DNA of 64,000 nucleotides from Chrysomallon squamiferum (lineage: Eukaryota > Animalia > Mollusca), in NCBI GenBank assembly GCA_012295275.1, contig CM022672.1, forward strand, positions 27,032,001 through 27,096,000. Direction: 5' to 3'. The position numbers were made by a program, and so were the translations under genes. Positions 39,453-53,481 of this stretch are shown in pieces (position 1 is the stretch's first letter; every line of letters begins with the position of its first letter). Under the pieces are notes generated by a model that was given only the letters and a program-made list of their open reading frames with translations, was not told the origin of the DNA and did no database searches.

Positions 39453-39815
39453 TCTACAAACATTAGTTGAACATGTGATGTTAATTAGTCTACAAATATT
39501 AGCTATGTATTTGATGTTAATTAGTGTACAAATATTAGCTATGTATTTGATGTTAATTAGTCTACAAATATTAGCTATGTATTTGATGTTAGTCTACAAA
39601 TATTAGCTATGTATTTGATGTTAATTAGTCTACAAATATTAGCTATGTATTTGATGTTAATTAGTCTACAAATATTAGCTATGTATTTGATGTTAGTCTA
39701 CAAATATTAGCTATGTATTTGATGTTAGTCTACAAATATTAGCTATGTATTTGATGTTAATTAGTCTACAAATATTAGCTATGTATGTGATGTTAATTAG
39801 TCTACAAATATTAGC
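39453..39815. repeat. 36-bp minisatellite (tgatgttaattagtctacaaatattagctatgtatt) with 32-bp deletion variants, about 10 copies
   Basis: Seen directly. Confidence 0.95.
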
Positions 39816-40425
39816 TGAGTATTTAATGATAAGTTAATCTATTAGTAGAGTATTTAATGATAAGTTAATCTATTAGCTGAGTATTTGATGATAAGTTAAT
39901 CTATTAGTAGAGTATTTAATGATAAGTTAATCTATTAGCTGAGTATTTGATGATAAGTTAATCTATTAGCTGAGTATTTAATGATAAGTTAATCTATTAG
40001 TTGAGTATTTAATGATAAGTTAATCTATTAGCTGAGTATTTAATGATAAGTTAATCTATTAGTTGAGTATTTAATGATAAGTTAATCTATTAGCTGAGTA
40101 TTTAATGATAAGTTAATCTATTAGCTGAGTATTTAATGATAAGTTAATCTATTAATTGAGTATTTAATGATAAGTTAATCTATTAGTTGAGTATTTAATG
40201 ATAAGTTAATCTATTAGTTGAGTATTTAATGATAAGTTAATCTATTAATTGAGTATTTAATGATAAGTTAATCTATTAGCTGAGTATTTAATGATAAGTT
40301 AATCTATTAATTGAGTATTTAATGATAAGTTAATCTATTAGCTGAGTATTTAATGATAAGTTAATCTATTAGTTGAGTATTTAATGATAAGTTAATCTAT
40401 TAGTTGAGTATTTCATGTTAAGTAA
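39812..40425. repeat. 31-bp minisatellite (tagctgagtatttaatgataagttaatctat), about 19-20 copies
   Basis: Seen directly; abuts the 36-bp array. Confidence 0.95.
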
Positions 40426-42383
40426 ATTACTCAACAAATGCTGAGGACAGTGATGCTGTTTTTTACTAAAAAAGGGAAAATTGTCTTCTGTGCTGACAGC
40501 ATCATGGCATAAAACTAATCAGATTTCTTTTGTGCTAATTAATCAGCACAGTTTTGTAACAAATGAAAAAATATCTTGAAATGTGAGAGAAATTACTCAG
40601 TTTAAATCCTGCTATGTAACAAAATGATTAATTGTTTTCAGTTACATTGTTCTGGGGATTAGTAATAACAACAGCTAAATTTGACAAGATTCACATTCAT
40701 GTGGGTGTTGTAAATCTTATCCTGTTACAATAACAACAATATTAATAACACTAACAGTAGCAACAATAATAACACTGATGATGATGATGATGGGGATGAT
40801 GTGATGAAGAAGAAGAATGAAGGAAAAGAAACAAATGACAGTGAATAAGAAAAAGAAAAAACAGAGAATACCAATGAAAGGAGAACAAAAACAGAAAAAA
40901 ATTATTTCAGTCTGCTAAATATATAAGTCCATTAATGCAGCTTAATATCAACTTTCATAACTTTCATTACATTTCTGTTATATAAGACTAACTAATATGA
41001 ATGATCAAACACAGCTTATCTGATGAAAATGAAATTCAAAATTCAGACCATATGTGTCTAATATGCGTACATAATTAAGAAGTCATCAACAAATGCAAAG
41101 CACATTTCAATGTCACTACAAATGAACTGACCAATGTGATATGAACCAAAGAAATCATTAAAAATTACAAAACGTGGACAAGCAAAATATTACAGTAAGA
41201 ATCTTTTATTTAATGATGCAGTCAGCAGATAATTATAAGGAATTATGCATAAGGTTAAAGATGATAAAGATAATGAGAGGAAAAAAAAAGCCTTTTTTTT
41301 TTTTTTGGGGTGGCTATAATCAGCATGACAAAGATAATGAGACAAAATGGGCTATTCTTTTGTTTTCTATAATCAGCATGGCAAAAGACAATGAGTGAGA
41401 AAGGGCTATTTTTTATTTATTTTATAATCAGCTAGAGTGCTTTTATATGTTTCTTTTCAAAGTATTGAAGTTAATTATGAGACACAAGTGAAATGGGAAA
41501 AAGTCTAGAATGAACACTAAGGAGAACTGGCCAGCACTCTACCATATAATTAATTACAGCTAAGTGAAAACAAATATTAATAATAAAAATAAAAATAGGG
41601 ACCATGTATTTTGTACAAGTAAAGTAATTATATGAATAATATAAAAAAGACAGGTAATTAACCTTTAAATCGATAATTATAATATTAGTATAACATTAGA
41701 TAAACAATTATCCAGTAAAGACACTGTTTTAGTAACTGGGAAGTCAATTAAACACGTACTCACTTGATGTGTCAATGAAGAAACTGACTCTTTCGGTTAT
41801 GAGAAGCTTTCTGGTCAAAGTATGAATATAGCTGTTACTTCAACAAACTCCTTTAAGACATAATTACACAGGAGGTGTGAAGTCAGTTATTTATCATTTC
41901 CATTTTTCACAGTCAAGAACCCCCAAGTACACAATCAGTATATCAGTCAGAATGATTTGATTTCACTGGGAGGTGGTAGATTGGGAGAAATGTCACTGGA
42001 TTCGATGATGACAATATCTAGATGAGTTATAACAGTCCATTTGGACCAATCTTCATCATCGAAGCAAACAGCCACATTGGTTTGGGCTGATAAACAGGCT
42101 GATTGAATTGTCATCAAGTTTACTGGAAAACCACATCTAAGGACAGTCTGCCTTTCTCTCTCTCTCTTTATGTGGATCAAAAATAGTAATTATTCATTTA
42201 GGCTCTCAATTAAATAACACACAGCAATTAATCATGGCAGTAGGTAATTAATTACTGTGGTTGTTAGATAATGTTGTATCCTATGTGTTTCTGTATTAAC
42301 TGAATATAGCAACTGTTGGAATGTGGAGGAGCAGGGCAGGTCTGACATCAGTCCTGTTTGTGGATGACATCAAGCTGATGCTG

Positions 42384-42581
42384 TTTGACGTGTGTTGCTT
42401 GCTAGTCATCAAATATAAAGGCTAGTACAGATGGAATTACCAAGCAACAGTGGAAAGTACCTAAAAGCTGTCAGATTTGTAAATTAATGCTAATTTAATC
42501 AATCTAGGCAAAAAGGGGATTGATTCAGAATGAAACACAGAAGAAATATGATCCCAGCCGAAGATGATTGGCTTTCAGATT
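42384..42581 (+). repeat. 198-bp dispersed direct repeat, copy 2
   Basis: Matches 32274-32471. Confidence 0.95.
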
Positions 42582-43369
42582 CAATTCATTGTGATAAATT
42601 ATTAGAAGTAACTGTAGACATTATTAATAATAACGATAACAATAATATTAATAAATTAATAAATAAAAATAACAGAAAAACATATAGTGAATTAATAATT
42701 TTCAAAAAGAAAATACTGATAACAAAAACAAAACAATTCTATTAACAAGAAAAAAAAAGAATAATTAAAAAGAAATGTCAGAAAGTAATCAAATTCACAA
42801 GTACAATAAAAAAGAAAGCATGTCATATTAAACACTTAAAACTGGAGTTTTTTGTTTGAATGTTTTTTAAATATATTTCAATATAATTTTCATTAAAAAA
42901 AAAAGATTAATGTAAACTTGATTTAAATGCTCCTGCTGAAAATTAGATAAGCATTTTCCCCCTGAGTTTTGATTTTGATTTAATTTTGAACATATCTTCT
43001 TTTAAACCATTAAAACAGACAGAAGCAAAATAATCATGGAATTACATTAAATATCAATATTCTGAGAAACATTCTTATTTTTTCAATTTTTTTTTGTGTT
43101 TTTTTTGTGTATAATAAAAAGAATTTGAAAATTCAGCTTCAAATATATTAACATAATTATACTGTAGATAGAGCACTGTCAATTAAATCAGGATCTTTAG
43201 ACAAACATAAATGAATTAAAATATGTATAAAGAATGAAGAAGTACAGAATTGTTATATTTAATAACATATTCAAAACACTCTTAACCTACAATAAATATA
43301 TGTATGTAAGTATATATGCATGCAGGAATACATGTGTGCATGTGTGTCTGTGTGTGTAAGTGTATATAA

Positions 43370-43500
43370 ATAACACAGCCTTTAATAAATCAGTTCTGGG
43401 CACTGGTTAGAACAGACAATATCTGCCTGTAATCACAGTGGAGAATTGATTCTGCAACCAACAATGATCAACAGTTTCCCACTGAACTACAACCCTCACC
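43370..43500 (-). mobile_element. Decayed SINE-like dispersed repeat fragment (reverse orientation)
   Basis: cacagcctttaataaatcagt..gcactggttagaac...gagaattgattctg...ccactgaactac; complementary to the 5' part of the 27590 copy. Confidence 0.5.
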
Positions 43501-44147
43501 TACATGGAAATACTCACATTCATGTCATAATACACAAAAATACACAAACTCTGAGCAAGACAGCATACAATCATACTGAAGTATAAACAAAATATAAATA
43601 TACAAAAAAAATACTTGCACTTCCTGAACTAACTGCAGGTTTGAAAGTGAACAACAAGAAATAAATATATTTTTAGATCTGTATTTACTATTATATATAA
43701 ATTACAGGAAACTGGATAACATATTAATATATATTTATATATATAATTTAAGGAGAATACAGAGAAATTATCTTTGGTAATAATACCCATTATCTGCCAT
43801 TTACTATCTGGAACAGCCCTTATATTAACAAAACTGTATCTCTTAATGGTATCTGGGCAATGTTTGTTTGTAAACATTGGTGAAAAACAAAAAGGAAATT
43901 AAAAAGGAAGATATATATTATTAATCACTGAATAAATGACTTTAGATAACATAAAAAATAAATAAAAGTCACTTTTACTATGGAACTGGTTTTTATTACT
44001 GTAGTAAGGCACTCAGGCATGAAGGATATTATCTGTTTTTTTAAAACATTAATACTGAAATATACTTAGTTTTATAAACAGTATTTAGTTTTATCTATGT
44101 GCATGAGTTGTGAATGTGTAAGTAAATTGTGAATGAGTGAAAGTGTG

Positions 44148-44193
<46 letters not shown>

Positions 44194-44857
44194 AAAAAAA
44201 AAAAAACAACAACATATATTTTATTTTAATTTTTCTATGACAAAATCAAAACTCAGTCTATTATCCAAACAATATCAAACAAAATATAACTGAATATACA
44301 TTAATATCTATTTATTTATAAATTATTTTATATTTATTTATTTAATAACCCCCCCACCCAAATGATATAGCCTTTTGGAACTTCTCCATTATCCCACAAT
44401 TTATTAAAAATTATGATTACTATAAAAACTATCCCCATCCTTTTCTTCCATTAATACATCATCTTCAGCTGATGGTAACCACTGACACATTACTGTCTGA
44501 CCCCAGCATCAGCCATTTTTCATTTTTTATTCTAAAACAAAATTTTGATTGCTGTCTGTTCTCAAAAACACTCTCCACCCCAGCCAGTGAATGCTTTGTG
44601 GTGCAGTTTCATCAAACATTTATTCGCTGTCTGAACCCATTTCACACACACTGAAGTATCTCTGTCTGCTGGCCTCAGCTGTGTGTAATGTTATTGATTA
44701 TGTTCTGTAATTCCCCAGTTATTCTGAAAGGCACTGGTATATGTAGTTTGTGAAAATAAGCAGATCTTGGAACTCCAGGATGATCCAGAAAAGATAAAAC
44801 ATAGTACAGCTGGGAATGAGCGGCTCCATTATCTAATACAATAATTGTGAAAGTAAT

Positions 44858-44889
<32 letters not shown>

Positions 44890-45349
44890 AGGATTATCAG
44901 ATGCAAAATAAAATAAAATAATTTTTTTTTTTTTTTTTTTAATGAAAAAGCTTGAAAAGAAAGAAGCAGAAAAAATATATTCTTGTAATACAGATATACA
45001 TACACACACGCATATATACATATATACATTACACACACTGACACACATATATAAATAAAATTAAAAAATTCTTACTATAATTGTAAAAGAGAAACTGATG
45101 GTAGAACAAAAGCATTTTGAAATTTAAATGATGTAACTACATTACAGTGCAAATTAATTTTATTTTATCATTTTCCACTTCATTTTAATATCAAACTATG
45201 AGTTGAACATGTGTGTTTTGTTTTACTCAGTGATGGTATATCAGAACCTACTGATGTCATTCTGTGGTTAGCTAATATTAATTAGTAAGACAGGATAGAC
45301 ACATCAAGTTCTTCAGTAATTTTCTCACTGATTATGTATGTAAAGAACC

Positions 45350-45720
45350 AGTAATAGTAAGTAAAGTTCTTGTGTAAGTCAATATATGAGTTATTTTTAC
45401 ATTTCTTTTTAATGTTTTGATAATACAGTGAGTAACTCACAAAATTCATGTATAAGTCAGTATATGAGTTATATGTACATTTCTTTATACTTTGTGATAC
45501 CATAGTAAATCACAACATTTCTGTATAAGTCAGTATATCCATTATTTTTACATTTTTTAAAATAATTTATGACACCACAGTGGCTAAATCACAAAATGTC
45601 AGAATACAGTTTCTTTATAATTTGTGATATCATAGTTAAACACAAAATTCCTGAGTAAGTTAGTATATTAGCTTTTTTTGCATTTCTTTACCATTTGTGA
45701 TATCACAAGATAACAGCAGT
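45350..45720. repeat. Degenerate ~70-80-bp tandem repeat (tgtataagtcagtatat...acatttcttta..tttgtgatac)
   Basis: About 4-5 diverged copies. Confidence 0.7.
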
Positions 45721-46618
45721 ATATACATTTATTTTCACAGACATGTTTGATTTTTTATTATTAGCAAAGGTTTAATGATAAATATTAGCTCTTCAAATAA
45801 AAGATAGTAAATGTTGACTCTCTAAATAAAAAGTTATAAATACTGGGTTTGAAATAAACAAAAAAACCCTGTTTTTTACAAATATTGATTTTCTAAGTAA
45901 AAAAGTAATAAATATTAGCTTTTTAATTAAATGATTAAACACACTGGCATTTTCAATTTAAAAAATGATAAATATTGGTTCTTTAAATGAAAGTTACAAA
46001 TACTGTCTCTTTAAAAAAACCTATATAAATGTGGATGATTTAATTTAAAAAAATACATTCTTTTTAAATTAAAACAGTAATAATATACAAAAAGATTTTT
46101 AAAAAAGTTAATTATGTATATTATTATTATTACTGTCATTGTTCTTCTTTTTTTTTTTCATTACCAAAATGTATCTAACTCCTTGTTAATTAAGTAAGTT
46201 TTATGAATAATAAATAAATAAATAAATGTGGGCTATTTAAATAAAAGTAATATCACACTACTGGTAGTTATAATTCACTCTGTTATGGCAGAAGTTGTCT
46301 CAGATTTCCAATTAGTTGAAGAAACAATAGTTTTGTTGTTGACAGAACTATACCGTGTGTAACATAACCATTAATGAACTATATATAGCAGGACTGCTAA
46401 ATAATTAAAATACTGTACTCAGATTTCTGTCATAGATTGATGCCAAAACTCACCTACACCCACAAAGCCTTGTACATGTGTACATAGGTGTATACACACA
46501 GACACACATGTGACTGGTGTATGAACGTACAGCTATTACAAGTATATTTTACAGTGTGAAAAAAGTATTAAAAAACAAAAAGAAAAGAGATACAAACACA
46601 AATAAATACAAGAGAAAA

Positions 46619-46621
<3 letters not shown>

Positions 46622-46693
<72 letters not shown>
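46622..46693. repeat. (GA)n microsatellite (others at 17878-17941, 50693-50765, 59593-59682; (CT)n at 34083-34116 and 52647-52701)
   Basis: Seen directly. Confidence 0.95.
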
Positions 46694-46697
<4 letters not shown>

Positions 46698-48669
46698 TAA
46701 AATCATGAATATTGCATAACTGAACTTATAAAAAAAAGGCATTTCAAATAGTTAAAAAATGCAAAAGATGTAAAAATAAAATGTGTGGTGGCCAGTAGAG
46801 TTTTAAAATTTATTTACTTATTCATTTTCATTTTACAAAACAAAACCGAAAATCATGTTCTGAACAACTAAGTTCAATAAGTGCATCACTGAGGCAACTC
46901 TACCTGCCCCCACCCCTGGGGAATTACTGAGACCGTCACTGTCAATAACAGTGAAGAACCAAAATCAACTGTGCTAATGTTAAGAATCATTTCTAAATGA
47001 TCACTGAATATGAAGTAATTGGCTTCTAGATCAACCATGTAATTACCTGCTGCATTAGTCTGGTAAAAAACAGAATCAAGGATTTATTTGACTTAGAGAA
47101 AAACATCATGCAGAAAGTATTGATAAATTTTAAATGTTTGTTCACTGATAAACATTTCATAAATAAAAAAAAGTATTCTCTCTCTATATATTTTTTTTAA
47201 ATCTGTCTGAAAGCATCTGCAAATAGAATATCTTTTTTTATGTGTTTATCAATATATATAGATATTTTTAAGTTTTTTGTTTTTTTAAGGAATTATGGTG
47301 GTATTTAGGAATAAATTATAGAGCAAGATGAATTTGTTTAAATTTATTTACTTATTACATCAAAAGCTGCTATTACCACTGTTATCATTAATACTGGATA
47401 TTATAATAAATATTACTATTGCTATTGTCACCACCAACAAAAACTACAGCTACCACAAAAACTACTACCATTATTTAAAGAATTAAACTACATTATTCTT
47501 ACAAAAGCTAGGCCATTCTATGCAAAACCTGAAATACCATCATTGCACACAAGAACTGTGCTCTTTAATCATATTAATTAAACTATTCCTGAAAATAATC
47601 CATTAGTTCCATACCACTTTGAAATGAAGACAATCTCTATGAAAAGGACACAGCATCAGAAAGAACATTACAGTAATAGAATGAAATTAACTTTTTAAGA
47701 AAATTGATTTGAATTTACCCTGTGGCCTCAGAAAAAAGAAAAAAAAAAAAAAGAAAAAAAAGATAGAATTAAAGAAACAAACAAAAGAAAACAAACAGAG
47801 CAAAAATATGTGCCATTATATTTATATAATAAAAAGGTTCTTTAATTTTTTTTTCCCCAGAACAGAAAGAAAATCATTTAAAAGAATTAAATTATGTTAT
47901 TTACTTAAAAAATAAAATATCTACTATTTATATAAAAAAATTCCAGACTATTATGGGAGATTGTACAGAAATGTTAATTAAATGTTCTCTAAAGCGTACT
48001 GACTTGTGAATGACAAACTGTTCTACCTAACACTGTACAATTACTGTTGCCATTCCAACAGCTTAGTTCATGCAATGTGGACAGTTAACAATAATGACTA
48101 TTAGTTGAATCAATGGGATCTGTCTGTCCCAAATATACAATCAATACTGAGACAGTCTCTTTTTTCTCCTGCTTTGTGCAGGTTTTTTTTTAGTCATATT
48201 GAAGACTTGTTGAATACTGCTAAAGGTTCCACAAACATCTCGTTAAAAAAAGTGTTAAGAAACTGGTGAACACAAATGGCTGTACTCTGTTTTATATGGA
48301 TAATAATTATATGAAATAACTGAATACAACAAAAGGAAAGGTTGTAATTTATAAGCAGATAATGATAAGGTTATTTAAAAAATGTTTTCATACAAACAGA
48401 TATATTGCCTGACAAACATACGTGCAATAAGCATTAAAAATAAAAGAAGAAGAAAAAAAAGAACACATAAACATACCACCACTGCCCAGAAAAGAAATAA
48501 AAATTAGAAATAAGAACTGCAAGAACTTCTTTGAATCTCAGTATTTTCTTGTAAACTGTAAAAGCAACTATAATAAAACATCCATAATTCATAACTAAAA
48601 AATAAAAATCCTTTTTATTATTTATGTATTTACTTATTTTACTTATTTTATTTATTTATTTATTTACTT

Positions 48670-48880
48670 ATATTATTTATATATTATATTACATTATTAT
48701 ATATTATATATATATTATGTTACATCACATTACATTATATTATATTACATTACATTATAATTATTATATTATGTTATATTATATCATGTTATATTATATT
48801 ATATTATATTATATTATATTATATTATATTATATTATATTATATTATATTATATTATATTATATTATATTATATTATATT
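48670..48880. repeat. (TATAT)n pentanucleotide microsatellite
   Basis: Seen directly. Confidence 0.92.
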
Positions 48881-49676
48881 ATTTATTTATATTTGTACCT
48901 ATGTCCAGTGTGTCTGCTTTTGTGAAAATAATCTAATCAGCTTTCCTTTCTGCCTGTTCAATTTTATATTTACCAGCTAAACGGATTATTAGAGAAATAG
49001 AGAAAATTACTTCTTATTAACAGCTATTATGAAAATATCAATAATACATGAATAATCCCTTACACATGGAAATCACTGTCATGTAGAAATGAATGGACAT
49101 TTAGTCAACAATACTCAACAAATATCCAGTCTGCCTGCCTCATTTGAATGTTAAACATTCAACGTTTTTATTTTGACATGTCATCTTTTAAATTATTATT
49201 ATTTTTTTTTTAATTACTGTACAGTAAATTGTATTCATATTGCAACAAATAGTATACTTGAATACTTTAGTTTCAACAATTTACAGGAGTTTTTGCAGTA
49301 AATTGTCTTCTTATGGTGCCATACAGCATCTTAGAATACTGTAGTCAGTATGATTTCTGTGAGTTTTACAATACATTATATACTTATTGTGGCAGAATAC
49401 TATTGTTAGTATGATTTACATGGGTTTTTGCAGTTCTTAGCATTAGTACCTATGGCTGGAGTTTCAAGAAATGAACATATAGAGGAAAAAATTATGACAT
49501 TTCATACAAAGGTTCTGATCATCTGTGATTTTTGTAGGTAATCCTGGAAAAGTATACCTGATGATTAGGATGGCCAATAGTATTTTAATAACATCAATTA
49601 TTATTATTATTATTATTATTATTTGTTACTTTCATTTGCTATTATGTTTTTGTGTTGCTAAAAAATTTCAAATGAG

Positions 49677-49707
<31 letters not shown>

Positions 49708-49910
49708 CTTATTTTATTTTTTATATATGTAATTCTATTATCCTGAGAAGATAATAATTTTTATTGAAGTGAATTTTGTTTAATCAGTAAAATTATGTAG
49801 CCTCCACTGAAAAGATTTAAGTAAGTAATGAATTATGATAAAATGTTATTTAGCATAGAAGGTAGAAATGGCATCCAATAACTTTTACAAATTTAAATAA
49901 AACCATTATT

Positions 49911-49946
<36 letters not shown>

Positions 49947-50007
49947 TTTGTTTATTTGTTTGTTTGCTTATTTATTTATTTATTTATTTGTTTATTTGTT
50001 TGTTTGC

Positions 50008-50046
<39 letters not shown>

Positions 50047-50362
50047 TTATATGACAATTATATAACAAGACAAAATCCAGTGTTGCCACTTTTACAGCTC
50101 AGTACAGCAAGGTCTCTTTTATCTTTCTTACAGACAGCACAGCACACAGCATTACCTTTAATACATCAATATCCGAAATAGGAAATAGCCACATCAAAGT
50201 ACTGAGGAAGACAGACTGCTCCTACAAAATTGTTGCACCTCACAGACTTTGCAAATGAGATACATTCTACACCTTTACCACTGTCACAGAGAAATCCCAT
50301 TAAACAGTAATGTACATGTTCATATAATATTACAAAAAGAAAATAGAAAAATATAATTATAC

Positions 50363-50454
50363 CTTGAATTCATTCATGAGCTTGACAGCTTAATACCTTT
50401 GCAGATGTGTTTGATATTCCAATATGATTTTATTCCATTGTTACAGGATGGTAC
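50363..50454 (-). other. Candidate non-coding (5' UTR) internal exon of the C1orf21-like gene
   Basis: Acceptor gtttggtgtatttttcag|G and donor AAG|gtataa bracket 92 nt of higher-complexity sequence on the same strand as the gene. It has no long ORF. Confidence 0.45.
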
Positions 50455-50689
50455 CTGAAAAATACACCAAACAATTAATAAATGTGAAATTGTGAAGAAA
50501 AGCAATAAGTGACATATATGTATCATTAACAACATGCTGGAATTATTGTGAATATAAGTGTAATAACAAGCTGGAATGAGTGTGAATATAAATAAAGATT
50601 ACACAAGAGAGAGAGGTATGAGACAAAAAAAACCATGCAGGCTGCCTAGAACGTAAAAGGTAAAAACAAAATTATATATATAGAGTGAG

Positions 50690-50767
<78 letters not shown>

Positions 50768-51654
50768 AACAAAAGAAATACATTTATAAAATATATTTCC
50801 TATACAAACTATATCCTCTGTCTATCAAAAAATGTATTCTGAAAGACATTTTTATTTCAGGCCAAAAAAAAAATGGAAAAAATCCTAACAGAAAGAAATT
50901 CAATATTGAATGATGCTTCTGTCAAAGGAACAGTTTTGTTTACTATCCACTTGCAAGACATTTTTTCATCCATCTGATGACAAAATGCCAGCGAAGCAGA
51001 CTTGATGACAATTTTAGTCTTCATACAAGCACATTAATCAATTTTTATAGTAGAAAAAGTAACAAAAACAAAAAAAAGTAGAAGAAGAGAAAAACAGAGC
51101 AAATCGATGAAAACGTTCTCATTTATTTCCACAAAATAGTCAGTGAAATAAGTAATAATTTGTTATTTTCCAGGTAAAGAGAAAAAAAAAAAGAAGAAGA
51201 AAGGAATGTAAATAATGTTAGAATCAACATTAAAGAGAATATCAACACATTTTTTACATTTCTGATTGCTTTATTTATCTCAAACCCAATCTTTACTAAC
51301 AATAAAGTACAATATTTCTATATTAAGCCTACAGAAAAGCAAAGCAATTTCTCACCACTTCTTGTTGTTTATGTAATATGGCATGCAAGTGGACACATAC
51401 AAAAACACACTTGTGTACATATAAAAGTAAATGTGTATCTGTATAAATATTTGTTGTCATGGTGATATTTGACAGAAATGCATTCTTTGTGTATCTCCAC
51501 AAATTTTGTATTGCCACCACATTTATGAGCAAAGGAAAGATATTTTTACTATTTCACTTGCTACTAAACAGGACAACGAGATGGAATTGTGAAAATATAT
51601 AACACTCTGTTTTTGTTTTCTCCATTTAGCTAATTCTGAGGAACAGGTTCAGTA

Positions 51655-51830
51655 GTGATCACTGGAACCAAGATGGGTGATAAGATCAATCATTCTTAAT
51701 ATTCCTTTGAGGTTTTTCTCTTCCTGTTTATACCCTGAGGCTGATCTATCAAAGAATGTAGCATGAGCTTTCCTTTCTGTGTAAACAGCATATCTCCTCT
51801 TTCTAATCAATAAGTATGGCCAAAGAAATT
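51655..51830 (+). mobile_element. Decayed SINE-like dispersed repeat
   Basis: agatcaatc...tttttctcttcctg...tctatcaaag..tgtagcatg...tttcctttctgtg...ctaatcaataag; same block order as 16335 and 27590. Confidence 0.45.
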
Positions 51831-52643
51831 ATCATTATTTAAATTAAAAAATATTTAAAATCATTGATCCTAATGACCTTTCACATTAAAATATATTATA
51901 ACAGTATTAGTATTCACATATATTCATTCACTTATTCATTCATTCAATTCACAAGTAATATTTTACTCTCTAAAGAATTATTTTAATATTCCTTTATTGA
52001 TTTAACTTACAAGTAATATTTTTCTCTCTATAGAGCTATATCAAAATTTATTTTACTGATTTAAATCACAAATACTATTTTATCTCTATACAGAACAGCA
52101 GTAATATTTTTACTTCCAGTATCTGTAGAATTAAATTAAAATGCAAAAAATAGCACAGTAAAGCAGAAATATTTTAACTTTCACTTTCTCTTCACAATAT
52201 TATGTCTGCTGTTATTCAGTAAATGATGCTGATCCCATGTTCGGTTGATCAAGGATTTTAAACTTGATCAAGCACATATAACATACATCGATCAGTGTCT
52301 GTGGAGAAATTTTATGAAGTTATTTAACGGCTTAATTGCCTTCACCAAGACAGCATTTATATCAACTTACCAAGTGCTAACATATAAATAACACAAATCA
52401 ATACATACATGTCAAGAATTCTCACATCGTTACAGATCCAGGGAAAATTACCTAACATTGTGTACTGACATGGTCTGATCTCCTCAGAATGGGAACGTAA
52501 TAAACATTTAGACACATTTAATGAGAAATAGTTGAAATAGTCTGAATTTAAAATTATCACAAAAAATAAATAAAAAACAGCTTACTTATTATTTGTGTTT
52601 GACAAATTCACGCATGGTGATTTTACTATTTAAAGAAGAGATG

Positions 52644-52705
<62 letters not shown>

Positions 52706-53438
52706 CTCTAAACTACAAATACATAATTTTCACAGACATTTTATCGCTAACACAAATAGTTACATATATTAGCATAAGCAAATTATTCATCTTCTTTTTT
52801 TTTTTTTTGTATTATTTAAATCTCATTTAATTCATCTGTATACATCCTTCCTAATTCTTTAATGACATTAAATTTAACAAACAACAATGTCTTCATCCAA
52901 GCTTCTAAAATACTTCAATAACTGAGAACTGAGAATCTACAGGAATACTGAGAATTCTAAGAGATTAAAAAAAAGAAGAAGAAGAAGAAGAAAAAAAAGG
53001 AATTATGCATGAACAGCTATGAAATGCATGCACATTAAATGAAACCTTTGACAAATGACTGCTTAATGAAACCAAAGTGTCACCCTTGACCTAACAACTA
53101 TAACATGAATGAAACGAGGCTGTAGATCAATATTCATCATAACTCTGATTAATCTGCACTGATTAAGACACACACAACTCAGCTGAAATCCTATCATCAG
53201 ATTTAACACATTCTCGACATTTTCTTCTAATGCAAAATACCAACACAGACTTGACTTTGATTACACTGCTGTGTTTTTGCTGTTGGTTGTGGTAAATTAG
53301 TTTCATTCATTTAACTGATTAAAAACAGAAAGAAATTCTGCAAAGTTTGCTAGTGATACATGACCTTTTTCAAATAATTTAGTGTAACTAAATAATTCCT
53401 GATTTTGTTTTAAACTAAATTTTTCTTCTACTACTACT

Positions 53439-53481
<43 letters not shown>

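Noticed and set aside
23090-40425. Regularly spaced repeats considered as CRISPR-like arrays
   Set aside because: The units are head-to-tail without unique spacers, there are no cas genes, and the context is eukaryotic.
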